DNA of 64,000 nucleotides from Podarcis bocagei (taxonomy: Eukaryota), in assembly GCA_964188305.1 (NCBI GenBank), contig OZ076897.1; one strand, given 5' to 3'. Shown one piece after another: positions 1 to 12,251 of this stretch; position 1 is the stretch's first letter; the number at the start of each line of letters is the position of its first letter. Position numbers and translations under genes: made by a program. The notes under the pieces were generated by a model. It searched no databases. It was not told where the DNA came from and saw only the letters and a list, made by a program, of their open reading frames with translations.

Positions 1-812
1 TTGGACCAATAACTGTGTTGTTGTTGTTTAAAAAATTAATAGGATATCTGTGTCTCCGCAGTGTACAAAAGCTCGTCTCCCCACCCCTCACCTCAAACTA
101 CCAGCCCTTTGGGTGGCTTCTGAGAGTCTTCGGTCCATTCCATAACTCAACTAAGGAGACTCTAGGCTTTGCCGACCCACATGTTCCAGCGCAACCTGGT
201 TGTAGAGCTGGCTGGTTGTTTGCTGGTGCTTAACCCGCCAACCCTCCACCCACCCACTTCCCAATCTCCCAGACGAGTTTGTTGGCAGGAGCAGAATGAA
301 AAAGCAGTCATTTCTCTTCTCCCCCCCACCCCCCGCGCGCCCTGCATAATAGTCTCAAGAAATGCTATAAAGTCCTGGTTAATGTCCGAGACACATTGTT
401 AAGTGTTTAAAATGTTACCGCTACACACAATGCACGCCAAAGTAGTTTAGTTTGCTCTAGAATTGACCATTATCTTTTATAGTTAAAAATCAAGTGCACA
501 TTATTAGTTTTACTTCACTGGCTTTGACGATGCTTTTGGCCTTGTTAGCGATTAAAGAAAAAGGCGCCGAGAGCCGAGTTCACGAGCTCCTCCTCGCGCG
601 GTCCAAAAGCTTCCCCGAGTCAAATGCTAGCCTTCTCTTTACCATTGACCTCCCCGGGCTTTGGATCCGGCCCTGGGTGCCTTGACCATCAAAGCCCAGA
701 CGCTTTGGGTCCCACAAATGCAACCATAAAAGGGGGCCCTGGATACGAGGGGCCGCTTCCTTATTGCCTTATACTTTGAGTGAAAAGGAACCAACAGTAC
801 CCTTGATTGCAG

Positions 813-815
<3 letters not shown>

Positions 816-857
<42 letters not shown>
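816..857. repeat. (TG)n microsatellite
   Basis: About 21 perfect units seen directly. Confidence 0.95.
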
Positions 858-859
<2 letters not shown>

Positions 860-3264
860 AGTTGCAAGCGGTTCTAACCTGAAAGAGAAGAGGTTTCAAA
901 CCATTTTCCTAGCCCCGCTCCTCTGGTTTCGACCGCCGGTTTCCCCTTCGAGTCTTCTCTTGAATCTTAAGAGCAGAAACCGAATCTTGCTGGGATGGAT
1001 CCGACCAAAGGTCCAATTGACCTCCAAAGTGGCCCACGGGATGCCCCTGGACCTCTTTGAAACGGGAAATGGTCAGTCGCCCGTGCACTTATGAGGTGCG
1101 AATTCCCGTATCTCCAGGTTTTTCGCCTTCGCTAGACTCACGAATCGGCTCGACCTTCACTGTAGCACTTATTTAAAGAGAGGAATGGCGGAAGGGAATT
1201 CTTTCCATTGGGATCTATAGATTCGCAATCTTTTTATTTAAACTGGGGGGTGATTATTATTTTTAAACAGACTTGTAGTATCTTTCCTTTATTCGCCAAC
1301 GGACCTTTCCCCAGGTAGACGGTTGTTGTTGTTGTTGCATAAGTACTGTAGCAAGATTTCTCAAGGCATGCGCTTCATTTCTTTTGGATCTGGCAGATGA
1401 GGGGTGAAGGCGGGGATCAACACACCGCACAGAGGGACGAGATTCCCCCTCCCCGAAGTTTTGATCTACCTGATTTTAGCCCCACCAAGTCCTGGGAAAG
1501 GCGAAGGTGGGCCGTGCGCGCGGGTCCCATTTCATTGCTCGGAGATCTGCTGTTACAACTCTAAGCCCATTGATAATACGTTTCCAATGTGCTAGCCCAT
1601 AAAAGTGCTCCTTATATGGCATTAATTTTGCTGGAAGTCATATTGCCCTCCTAGGAATCTGATAAGAACTTGTTCCTCACACATTAACACAGTGTAAGTT
1701 AAGTCGAGTTGGGGAAACACGGACAATATTACTCCAGGGTGTGGGGAAGGCTTGTCCCTGCCTCTAGTTGTTCTGCCTCCATGCTTAACTTGTGCTGGAA
1801 GCCAGCAGAAGTGAAAAACCCAGGGTGCAATTCTTGGCTGGTGGGAGAGGAGATGATAGGTGAGGGTGATGGGTATGGCAGTGGTGGAAGTGGCTTAAGA
1901 AGGACGTCTTGCCTTTCCATAAAGATTTTACGGGCCCGGCAAAGTTGCAACTATCTCTGCCAGGCTTCCCATCCGACAAGCCAGAAACCTCAGGAGGCCC
2001 CCTCCGCGTTAACTTGCCTAGGAGAAAACTCGCGTTCTGTGTCCTGCTGCCTTCTGAATCTTTTAGAAGCTAAGCGGAGGGGGATCCCAGAAGGAAGGGA
2101 GGGAATTTCCCCACTTTTGTAGGCAAAACCCGGGCGTTATTAGGCATGCGAGGCTTGGCAGATCAATCCTACCCTACCCAGCCCCCCCGTGGAAAGGGGG
2201 AAATGTGCGGAGTGGCATATGAGCATTTTGCAGGACTCGCCCTGCATTGCATGAAAGCCAAGGGTAAGCCGTGCCAGAGAGAAAGGGTATATCTGAAAGC
2301 TACCCTCTCTGCTGCACTCACTACACCGAAGGCTTGGTCAGGAAAATAAGGCAGCGCCTTTGCCTCCCGATTCCCTTGGCATTCTTAGCGCTTTTGAGGG
2401 CTTTATGGACGAGGGAGTGGGTGCCAAAACGGAACAGAGCAGAAGATTTACAGCACAATATTGAATTGTTCAAAAGAATATTCCTACTCGCTTGGGAGCA
2501 CAGACAGGCGATCATTTAAATCCTACCAGCTGGGGCGGTTTGGAAGAAGAGATACTTAACGCAGGGATTTGTAACCTTAAAAAAAAAAAAGTTAAACAAA
2601 TATTTGTTTTATTTTCTTAAAAAATAATAATTCTAAAAGACTCCATGGACAATAAGAGATGTTATTTCTCTCAAGTTTTTATTATTTCCAAACAACGCGT
2701 GCCAAGAACATGAGAGACAGAGAGGCAGAGAGAGAAGTGGAGCCATTCTTTCGCTCCCCCCCCCAATTAAAAAATCTATCTATCTGCCCCCGACGGGCTC
2801 ACTCTCTTGTCTGCTAGTTGTCTACCACAATTACGAACTGGCTACACAGTTTTGTCTGACAGTCCTTTTTAGCCTTTTATGGGTTGAGAATGAGGATATT
2901 TTGAGATAATTTGCTTGTGGCGCACTTTTGAATCTATAGTGGGTGTGCGATTATTATTATACTCCCCCTTGGGGGGAAAAGAAACAATTCCGAACACTAA
3001 CCATTAGAATTTAATGTTAATCTGAGGATATCTCGCATCCACGTTCTGTGAGACCTTTTGCTATCCTCGTCCCTACAAGACACACCAGATATTTCTGCTT
3101 CGCATGTTAGTTTAAGACCAGATACGGAAGACTTCGATGCAATGCTTGCTTACTGGGTCAACAAAGATGGGCTCATATTGTTACTGTTGCTTCTGCGGCG
3201 CTAGACAGGAATATTTCACAGTGGCGCTCCTCAGCCTCTCTGCCAGGCGGGGGTTCACTTCTGA

Positions 3265-3358
3265 GCCGGTATTTCTATATGTACACTTAGCTGAAAGTAA
3301 ACCCACCCATCCCACACTGAACACAGTGGGACTTGCTTCCGCGTAAAACACGTATAGG
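3265..3358. mobile_element. Palindromic ~90-bp MITE-like element, family A (degenerate)
   Basis: Shares ACACTTA..AAGTAA..CACTGAACACAGTGGGACTTGCTTC..GTATAGG with other copies in the window. Confidence 0.6.
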
Positions 3359-4163
3359 CCAATATTCAAAGATGGGAGCCAGGCTTGAGAATTTTCTTCA
3401 TTAGTGTCGTTGTCATCTTGGGGAGACATTGGGTGACTTTATGATGTCCGTAAACCTTCAGTGCTAGTGAGGAGGTCAGATTGGTTTAGAACTTCCAGTG
3501 GCCCGTGATGCCATAATCACCGCCACTAAAAATAGGTAAGCAAAAGCATGTCCCAGGGCTTGACAATAAATACCGAGGTTTTAATAATTTCATCACAGCC
3601 ATGGGCTGTATGAGATGGGATTGGGAGAGCAAAAGGGGGAGGGGGGAATGTTGGTGGCGAGGTGGCAGAAAGAGAGAGAGGAGTTGGGATGTTGAAAGGT
3701 TCACTTACAGCTCGCTTTACGACCTGAACGCTTAATATGCTCCTTTGCAATTTTATATTAGCGCATATACTTAAAGAGGAAGCCTGGCTAAATTATGGGT
3801 TGCATTAAAATCGGGGCAAATTGTTTTCTATTGTTTGTCTCCCCTTTCTCCTCCGTGTGCGCGAGAGCCCGCGCGCGCCTTTCCCCCTCCTTTGCTCACA
3901 CGCAGGCAAAAGACAGCCTATATGTGGCAACATCAATTGTACCCCGGGCACCTAGGCAAGGGCAGCTATGTGGCACCATCGATTACACACACACACATAC
4001 ACACACACATATATAAAATTCAGCAGTGGACCTGAGAGCAGCTCATTGCCTACGAAACCAAACGGGGAGGGGTTGCTGGCGAGGGCTGGGATTCCATTGG
4101 CTGCACGCACTCGCCGTGGCGCGGGGGTATCTCTAATCATATCCAGCATGTTTTGCACAAGAA

Positions 4164-5127
4164 ATGTCAGCCAGAAAGGGCTATCTGCTCTCTTCGCCAA
4201 ATTATTCCACCACGGCCATGGCATGCTCGGAGAGCCCCGCTGCAAACTCTTTTTTGGTGGACTCCTTGATCAGCTCAGCCTCAAGCAGAGGGGAAGGCGG
4301 AGGAGGCGGAGGCGGGGGCGGCGGAGGAGTTGGAGGAGGAGGAGGCGGAGGAGGCGGCGGCTACTATCCCAACAACAGCGGTGTCTACCTGCCACAGGCG
4401 TCCGATCTGTCCTATGGGCTGCAAAGCTACGGGCTTTTCCCGGTCCTGAGCAAACGCAATGAAGGCCCTTCTCCAAGCGTGGCGCCGGCTTCTCACGCCT
4501 ACATGTCAGGGATGGAAGTCTGGTTAGATCCCCCCAGGTCCTGCCGCCTGGAAGAGCACGAGAGCCCGCAGGCGACCTCCTGCTCCTTCGCTCCCAACAT
4601 CAAAGAGGAGAGCTCCTACTGCCTCTATGACGCCGAGAAGGGCACCAAAGAGGCGGCGGCCACCGACTTGTCTGTTTTCCCAAGGCTGAGCTCGGAGGTC
4701 TGCTCCATGAACAACGTGACAGCCGCCGGGGTGCCCGTCCCAGGCTACTTCCGCTTGTCTCAAGCCTACGGCACCAGCAAGAGCAGCGGCAGCAGCAATG
4801 GCAGCAGCTACAGCAACAACAGCAACCACCACCATCAACATCATCACCAACAGCAGCAGCAGCAGCACCATCCGGGGCAGATGGTGGTTCCTTCCCAGTT
4901 CGCCCCGCAACCTCAAGTGCGCTTTGAAACTCCGCCAGCGTTGACTCCTGCAGTCCCACCGCCGGATCCGGGGAGGAAAGACAGCGAGGATTCATCCCCG
5001 CCCAGCACCTTGGCTTGCGTGGCCCAAAGGGGTGAGGAAGAAGGGCAAGCTTCCTCCTCGGCCCCCGAAGAACTCTCCCCGGCTCCTTCAGAGAACAGCA
5101 AGCCCTCTCCAGAGAAGGAAACGCTAG
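4164..5127 (+). CDS. HOXA10: Homeobox protein Hox-A10, exon 1 (joins 6952-7226; 412 aa total)
   Basis: The N-terminus MSARKGYLL..M(A)CSESPAANSFLVDSLI and the internal motifs NIKEESSYCLYD and VPVPGYFRLSQAYG are diagnostic of HOXA10. Donor CTAG|GTAAGC at 5127/5128, phase 1. A second in-frame ATG at 4218 has a strong Kozak context (gccATGg). Confidence 0.97.
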
Positions 5128-5329
5128 GTAAGCAATAAAATAAAATAAATAAATGCACTACTCTCTACCCGCCTAGCTCCCCCGCCCCCGCGCCCGGCGC
5201 CCGGCCCCGTTGCCACAAAAACCAGGAGGGGTGGGATGCGATAAGGGGGTGAGAATCTCCCAGAATACTGGAAGCCCCCTTCGCTGGCCAAAATGGCCAT
5301 TCATAGAGCGGCTTAGCTGAGCTGCCATT

Positions 5330-5645
5330 CATAATTGGACGCTGGGATGCTGTGAAGATAAATAAATAAATAAATATTGATATATCCACCCCTTCGAGTT
5401 TATGAGCCATGCAAAAAGAAAAGAAAAGCTGAGTATGGGTAAAATCCTAAAGGCAAAGGGCTTGAAAAGAGACAAAATAGGAAGAAAAGGAAAAAGAGAT
5501 AAATACAGCTCTGTATTTCCTCGCCTCAAGTGATGCTGAGGTGGCTGCAGAGATAACATAGATGTTTGTAAAGCGTCCAAAGTAAGCAAGGGGCCAGCGC
5601 CAATAAATAAGCCCATTAACAGGCTAAGTTCTAGTTTACGATCCT
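5330..5645. promoter_or_regulatory. HOXA10 intronic cluster of Hox/Cdx-type binding motifs
   Basis: CATAATTG, TTTATGAG, GCCAATAAA, CCATTAA and TTTACGA motifs are clustered near the 5' end of the intron, as is typical of conserved Hox intron elements. Confidence 0.45.
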
Positions 5646-6318
5646 GGATGCCTTAAAAAAAAAAAAAAGGCAGCTGGGTTAAAATTCTCTTCTACGAAGC
5701 ACTATCAAATTAGACTGCTGGAGACTGCGCTGCGAGAGGCTCTCCAGAACGCCACAAGGCTGCTGTGTTGAAATATACGCAGGGTCATTGGAATGAATGG
5801 GAGCTGTACAAGAACGCCAGAGTTCCTGGTCGGTGCTCAGTCATTCATTTCAACGCGCGGGGATGGCGAGTGGCTTTTGCAGAAGAATTTTCTATTTCAT
5901 GATGCCATTAAAGAGAATAATAAAATAATAATAAGAAGAAGAAAATAAAACCGGGAACTCCGCAGGGTAAGCTTACAGCTGTTGTTTCTCCCACAATTCT
6001 GAAACAGGATGCAATGAAGCATGTTACGTGTGCGCACACATATATGCATATGCATATCGTTATCTAAATGCACACAGAGAGAGTTGGGTTTCCCGCCCCA
6101 ATCCCACCTCCAGCTACATGTACTTCCAAAAAATAAAGAGAAATGCATATGTGCTTTAAAAAAAACAACGTGCATCATCAGTGTGTGATTGTAGGAACCA
6201 TCTCAGCGCTAAACTGCCAAGCGGTTTAGATTTAATTTGAATTTGGAAACGCACAGCCCGTTCCTATGCTTGCTTGTTTGCTGCACCACTGAATTGAACG
6301 GGCTTGATTCTCAGTAAC

Positions 6319-6434
6319 GCAACATTCCTATACCTGCTTACCGGGGAGTAAGCCGCACTGAACACAGTGGGACTTACTTCTGAGCGAACATGCTCTGGAA
6401 AGGTGTGCGGAGTAGTTTAGATGGGATTGCAGCC
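6319..6434. mobile_element. MITE-like element family A, in HOXA10 intron
   Basis: CCTATAC..CTTACCGGGGAGTAAGCCGCACTGAACACAGTGGGACTTACTTCTGAG, with terminal GGATTGCAGCC. Confidence 0.7.
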
Positions 6435-6951
6435 CTCATTCGCCAGAAATATTAGGCATAACAATTCGAAAACGACCCCACCCCCAATAAAAAAACAGCC
6501 ACCCAGGGCTCCTTCTTTTTTTAATCGAGCGCTTCGGCAGCGTCGACCACATTTTCAAATAATCTGGATTTAGGGGAGGGAGCAGGGGGCGGTCTCGCAA
6601 CGAGTGTTTTGAGAACAAACGGCCAGGACTGAAGCAGAGGCAAAACCCTGCAAGACGCCACTGCCAAAGGCATTTGTGCGCATCGGTGTCAACTCCAAAA
6701 GCGATCCGGTCTCTCAGACCAGCGAGATGAGGCAAAGTCAGGGAGTGTGTTGCAATGCTCGCTCTCCTTTGGGGCTCCCAATTTAAGAGGGGCCCGAACC
6801 CTGAAGGAAGGCCAGAGTGCCCTTCTCAAATTTATATTCGGTACTAAGTAGGGAAGCGTCCCCCAGCCCAGCCCCGCTACGCCGCCCAAGTTTTCCTGGT
6901 GTCGTCCTGGTAACCTTCCCTTTTTTTCCTTATTTCCCCCCTTAAAACTAG

Positions 6952-7226
6952 GCAATTCCAAAGGAGAGAACGCAGCCAGTTGGCTCACCGCAAAAAGTGG
7001 CAGGAAGAAGCGATGCCCTTACACCAAGCACCAAACTCTCGAGCTGGAAAAGGAGTTTCTGTTCAACATGTACCTGACTCGTGAGCGTCGCCTAGAGATC
7101 AGCCGCACAGTCCACCTAACAGACAGACAAGTCAAAATCTGGTTTCAGAACCGCAGGATGAAACTGAAGAAAATGAACAGGGAGAATCGAATCCGGGAGC
7201 TCACAGCCAACTTCAATTTCTCCTGA
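6952..7226 (+). CDS. HOXA10: Hox-A10 exon 2 (homeodomain)
   Basis: Polypyrimidine tract and ctAG| at 6950-6951. Translates [91 protein letters not shown] with TGA at 7224-7226. Missing from the ORF track; translated by hand. Confidence 0.97.
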
Positions 7227-8497
7227 TGAACCCTAGGCACGCATCTTGATGGTCTGAACAGCTAGGACGGTTCCACCCCCCCCCCTCACGGGTCTCCTCC
7301 CCACCCCCTAAGCCTCTAGCTACTCGCACCTGTGTGCGTCCGAGCCTTTCAATTACATCCTCAGCCTCTCCATGGCCTCTTGGTAATTGATTTCGTTGGG
7401 ATGAAGCCATAACTGATGCACACTACCCCATCCATGTCCGCTGCTGCCCTTAGTCAATGCCCGGTCTGTAAAGTCTGACGCTGAGGGGGGGAAATGGTTT
7501 TCAGAACCCTAGATGCCTATTGTCCCCCCCCCCTTCTCAACACCCTTCTCCCAAACTCCATTTTCAGAAAATTGAGCCAAATAAGACTGAAGGCAACTTC
7601 CCACCCCACTGTAATGGTAGCTGGTGTTTTGGATCTGAGCCGAGGATGGTTTTGAATAATTAAAATCTGGCCACGCCGCTGCTTAATAGGAAGCATGCGT
7701 CTAGCCGATCCAGATAAAATCAGGTTATAGAATATGGTGTCAGGAGCCAAGGCTGGCGCACTTATATATTTGTGCCCAATCCCCCGCGTACCCAAAAATC
7801 CATATTTAATATTACAACTTTTTAAATTGCCACGAAAATGAGACCTCTTCCCCCTCCTCCTCCCCCTCCCCTCCCCCAAAAAGGAGAGAGGAAAGTCTTT
7901 GTTTGCTTTATTGGCTAAAATCTTACACTTTCTGGTTGTAGGTAATGACTTGAGGTAGTTTTTGCTTTGGATACCTTTGGGTTACCGCTAGTTACGCTTG
8001 GCAAGCACATGAAAGGAAGGAAGGAAGAAATCTCCCCGCTTTGGAGAGGAGAAACGACTTTGTCCACGGAGAGGTGTGTTATTCTATGTATATTGGACCA
8101 CCAGATGAATTTTTCCCCTGACTTGACTATGGGGGACAGCAAGGGAGGTGAAAGTTTCCCCCCTGGTTTCCTTGATACTGTGAAGTTACATGCGTTGAAA
8201 AGGTCAAGCGTGTAGTGCAAAGAGAAGATTTTTTTTTTTAAAAGAAAAATATCTATGAATACAGAATATGTATAAATGTCTATTAATATTAATATTATTA
8301 ATATTATTAAATGCCGATACTGTTGCAAGCAAAGCATTCTATAGCGTTATTCTCGATGTTAGCTCTATCTCTCGTCCACCCCTCCTTACCTTAAAACCAA
8401 TGAATTGTAATGCTGCCCTGCGTGGAAGTAAAGCAAAACAAAAAAACAAAAACACAGGACAAAATGGAGATGCTGTTTATGTTTCTCTTGGAAGAAG

Positions 8498-8503
8498 AAT
8501 AAA
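8498..8503 (+). terminator. Probable HOXA10 polyadenylation signal
   Basis: AATAAA about 1.27 kb after the stop codon, followed by T-rich and GT-rich sequence. Confidence 0.55.
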
Positions 8504-8624
8504 AGGCATGGAATGAACCACCCTCTTTTTTTTAAAAAAAAATACCTCGTTTGTGACTGTTTATTCTCATGGTCCTACTTTCAGATCTCCAAGAACTTTT
8601 ACAACAGGAATAGTTTGCCCGAGC

Positions 8625-8765
8625 CCCCTGCAATTACTTTAGGAATCTATTTAAATATTACCTAGACGGTCGTAATTTGTCTGGGCCATATAGCAATGGT
8701 GCTGTAAGGTTTGTCGGCTTTTGTTCAGTTTTATGACTTGCTAGTATATCTGGATTGTTGCTGTC
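8625..8765. promoter_or_regulatory. Conserved-type non-coding block upstream of miR-196 (candidate promoter/enhancer)
   Basis: Non-repetitive block with TATTTAAATA, GTCGTAAT and TTTTATGAC (posterior Hox/Cdx-type) motifs, lying between the HOXA10 poly(A) signal and miR-196. Confidence 0.4.
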
Positions 8766-9834
8766 TTGGACGAGTGGTTTTAGTTGACTGAGGGGCTGCA
8801 CAGGCAGAGGAAGCCAAGGGCTGCTTATTTGCGAAGTTAGAGGACTTGGGCTTCTCTTTATTTATTTATTTATTTTTTAAAAATAACTCGGTGGTTAACT
8901 CACGAGGAAGGATCCACTATTATTATTTTTTATTATTTTATTTTAAACCAAACAAAACTACCCCACTAGACGCTCGGAGCTCTTTTCAACTCCAGAGGAA
9001 AACCTAGATGCCCCCACATACACAAAAAGGCGATTCTGAAAAGGTGAGCACGTGGGAACGAGGATCTTGAGCCTTGTTCTCCTTGATCGATCAGCTTTTC
9101 CGCCATGTTTATTCCTCCCTTCGCTACCTGCCTGCTTGCGGATGCGCTGAAGCGGAGAGTGTTTTGGCATTAAGGTTCTGTATCATTGCACGTTGATCAG
9201 CTCCAGAACCCAGACAAAGGCGAATCGGGTGGGGAGGGAAGAGAGAGGGGGAGATTGGAAAGGGGGGGTGGAGGCGGTGGTGATGGGAGCCTGAAAGGGC
9301 TGTGTAGCCATTTCTTTTTCCAGACTTTGAACCCGCGCATCTTGATCGTCTTCGATAGCCTATGTATACAAGGATGCTTGCCTCTCGAGGCCTCCCTGGC
9401 CCCGCTGCCCCCTTCTCTAAGTTGCATTTTAAAAAGGCATCATACCTAATTCGATCCGTGGCTAAGTTAGAGAACTATGATGGAACGTGGAGAGTAAGAT
9501 TAAACGGAGTGACTACAGAGTGGGCACAAAGGCGTTTCTAATGATTTGGCGGGTCCAGAAGAAGAGAAAGAACTTCATTTTTTTAAAAACACACAAGAAT
9601 GTGGAAAGTTTGTAGACGGAGATGGAGACTTTGGTGGAGAGGGCGGAGGGGAGCGGTGGGAAGGGTGAGGTCTTGTTGCTGTTCGGTTTTTTTGGGAGGG
9701 AGGGGGCTTTCCCCACCCCACCCGCTCGGAATCTGTTTCTTTTGGGCATTGGTGTCTCTCCATATTTATTCGAAGCGGGATCCTGTTTCCTAAGGAAAGC
9801 GGCAGTGGGGAGCCCTCTTAATTAGGAGCCTGAG

Positions 9835-9923
9835 AACTGGTCGGTGGTTTAGGTAGTTTCATGTTGTTGGGGCTGGATCTCAATCTCTCTCTACAGCACG
9901 AAACTGCCTTAATTACTTCAGTT
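9835..9923 (+). ncRNA. MIR196B: miR-196 precursor of the HoxA cluster (MIR196B orthologue); mature 5p 9850-9871 UAGGUAGUUUCAUGUUGUUGGG
   Basis: Exact miR-196 mature sequence. The complementary 3p arm CTACAGCACGAAACTGCCTTAA (about 9891-9912) and flanks AACTGG..TTCAGTT close the hairpin. Syntenic position between Hox10 and Hox9. Confidence 0.97.
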
Positions 9924-11648
9924 TGAAATCATCAACCGGGTCTAATAAGAATAAGAATAAGCGCCGGAGTCCTTCCGTAGCAATAGCGATACAATACTAA
10001 TAACACCGCCTTTTACCGAAGAAATCTGGCAAGCTACCTTTCCTCGGCAGGCGTTAAGTCCCAATGCCATTGGTTTGCCTTCTGCGCGCCGAAAAACCCC
10101 GCGCCTTTCCGGCCGCCTCAATTAATCCATTTCAGCCAAGTTGGAAGAGGGGGGAAATGTTTCAAGGCGCTATTGGAGGAGACCTTCAAGCTTAGCTAGG
10201 ATCGGTTGTCTTCGGGTTTTCTCATGCAGGTTTCCTTCAAGGTCAGGTGCACTCTGCCAGTTTAGGAATGTCCAGATTTTATTGTCTAATCCGTATCAAT
10301 GGATACTTTGATTATTGTTGCTGCTGTTGCTGGTGATATTATTCGCGTTATTCGCAAAAATGTCTGTTGCCCTGGTGTTTTCCTCCCTATGTATTGGGTG
10401 TGTTTCAGTTACTCCGCTGTAAAGAGAGAGAATCTGGTAGCAATTTCCATCCCTGCTTACTGGTTCTATCTCATTATATTTTATTGAGCTATATTGTGTT
10501 ATGAGGTCTCNNNNNNNNNNNNNNNNNNNNNNNNNNNNNNNNNNNNNNNNNNNNNNNNNNNNNNNNNNNNNNNNNNNNNNNNNNNNNNNNNNNNNNNNNN
10601 NNNNNNNNNNNNNNNNNNNNNNNNNNNNNNNNNNNNNNNNNTTACAGTGGTGGCCTTCAGAATCACTCTGTTTTCTCTCCGCTGTTTCTCCCCCCACCCC
10701 GAAGCTAGAACAGTCCTTCCAATGTCTGCAGGGAATGCAGACCCTAAGGGCATAAGGGGCGGAAAGAGGGAGCCCGGGGAGGCAGGAAAACTCGGGAGGG
10801 GGGACCCCAAGGATTTCTCCGTAGCTCACAAGGCCTCGGTTACGATCATTATTGGAGTGTGTCCGGGCGCCTGCATTCCAGTGAGGCGGAATAAGCAACA
10901 GCGACCTCGCTTGGGCTCGAGGCTGCGCTGTGCTGTCGCTTTGCCTTTTATGCGCAGCAGCCCAGCGAGAGGCGAAGGAGCTGCAGCGCCTTGTTTACAC
11001 CGGATACACACATTGTTTACAGCTATTGTAAATGAACAAGACCTCTCCCTTCCATGTCCTGCGGTGGGTACGGGTGCGTGGGTATTGGGAAACGCACGGG
11101 AATATCCTTTATATTCTTTTCCCCCCCTCCCCCACTCTTCAAGTTTCCGAACGTTTCAGAGAATAATTAAAAAGGCTGGAGAAATCAGATTTGTTTAATT
11201 CTGCCTCCCACAAACACACACCGTCCCGTCAATTTTGGGGGGAGCCTTTGCCACGGCTGAATAATTTAAATGGCAAGTTCACACGATAAGTGCTTCGGGG
11301 GCATTGCTGCTTATAATATGGACATTGTGTGGTTATGTATGTGTCTGTGTTTGCACGAATGCACGTGCCTACGGCTTGGATCTAGAGGACGTACATGTTC
11401 CCACCACATGAATACAGAAAGAAGGCACTGCTGTATGCAAGCAGCTACCATGGCCAGCCTTCTGTATGAAGTCTGTTCTGTGCTTCTTCTGAATCATTCT
11501 ATGATTGTTTGGTCACTTATCTCAAGCAAAGCTTATTTAAAAGCTAAAAACACAACAAAACAGACAAACCCAAGAACCCGGAATTCTCCGTATCAGTGCG
11601 CAATACATTACCTCCTACAGAATATTATCCAAATCCTATTAGGACTAC

Positions 11649-11651
11649 TTT

Positions 11652-11699
<48 letters not shown>

Positions 11700-11700
11700 T
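11649..11700. repeat. (TTTC)n microsatellite
   Basis: Seen directly. Confidence 0.95.
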
Positions 11701-11976
11701 TTAAAAAGAGAAATCTCTATATGTCTCTGTGTGTACACACATATATATGTTTGCATGAATGAGAGGGAGAAGGGGGTGGAATATATGTGGGGGGGAGGAG
11801 AGAGAGAAACATTAGTCAATTATATTGCTTAGATATGTTTAGGAACATACTGATTACTTCAGACTCTGTGTAAAATAAGTAAATAAAGTGCGAGCACACA
11901 GTTATAACCCTTAAACGGCGTTTTTATTTTTCCTTTGATCTGTCTGGTAGGTAGATTCAAGGGTTAAAACCTAATA

Positions 11977-11977
<1 letters not shown>

Positions 11978-12020
<43 letters not shown>
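11978..12020. repeat. (TG)n microsatellite
   Basis: Seen directly. Confidence 0.95.
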
Positions 12021-12022
<2 letters not shown>

Positions 12023-12172
12023 CCAGATATAGTTATTAAAACTCTGAAGCTGCGACCATATATGCACACTAACTTGAAATAAATACTGTTGAGATCAGTA
12101 TAACATTTTTTAACCTGGGCGAAAATTTCCCGAAATGGGCGAGACAGTGTATATGGGTTGTTTATATGTCAC

Positions 12173-12251
12173 GGCTACCATTCTGCACACACTTACTCGG
12201 GAGTAAGTCCCAAATTTATGTGTTCAGGGTAATGTCCAAAGACTGGTAGCC
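12173..12251. mobile_element. MITE-like element family A (internally deleted)
   Basis: Perfect terminal inverted repeat GGCTACCA / TGGTAGCC flanking ACACTTACTCGGGAGTAAGTCCCA. Confidence 0.65.

Noticed and set aside
5128-5138. ORF-track read-through of exon 1 into introns (all six genes)
   Set aside because: Each has a canonical phase-1 GT donor that joins in frame to a homeobox exon, so the tails are intronic.
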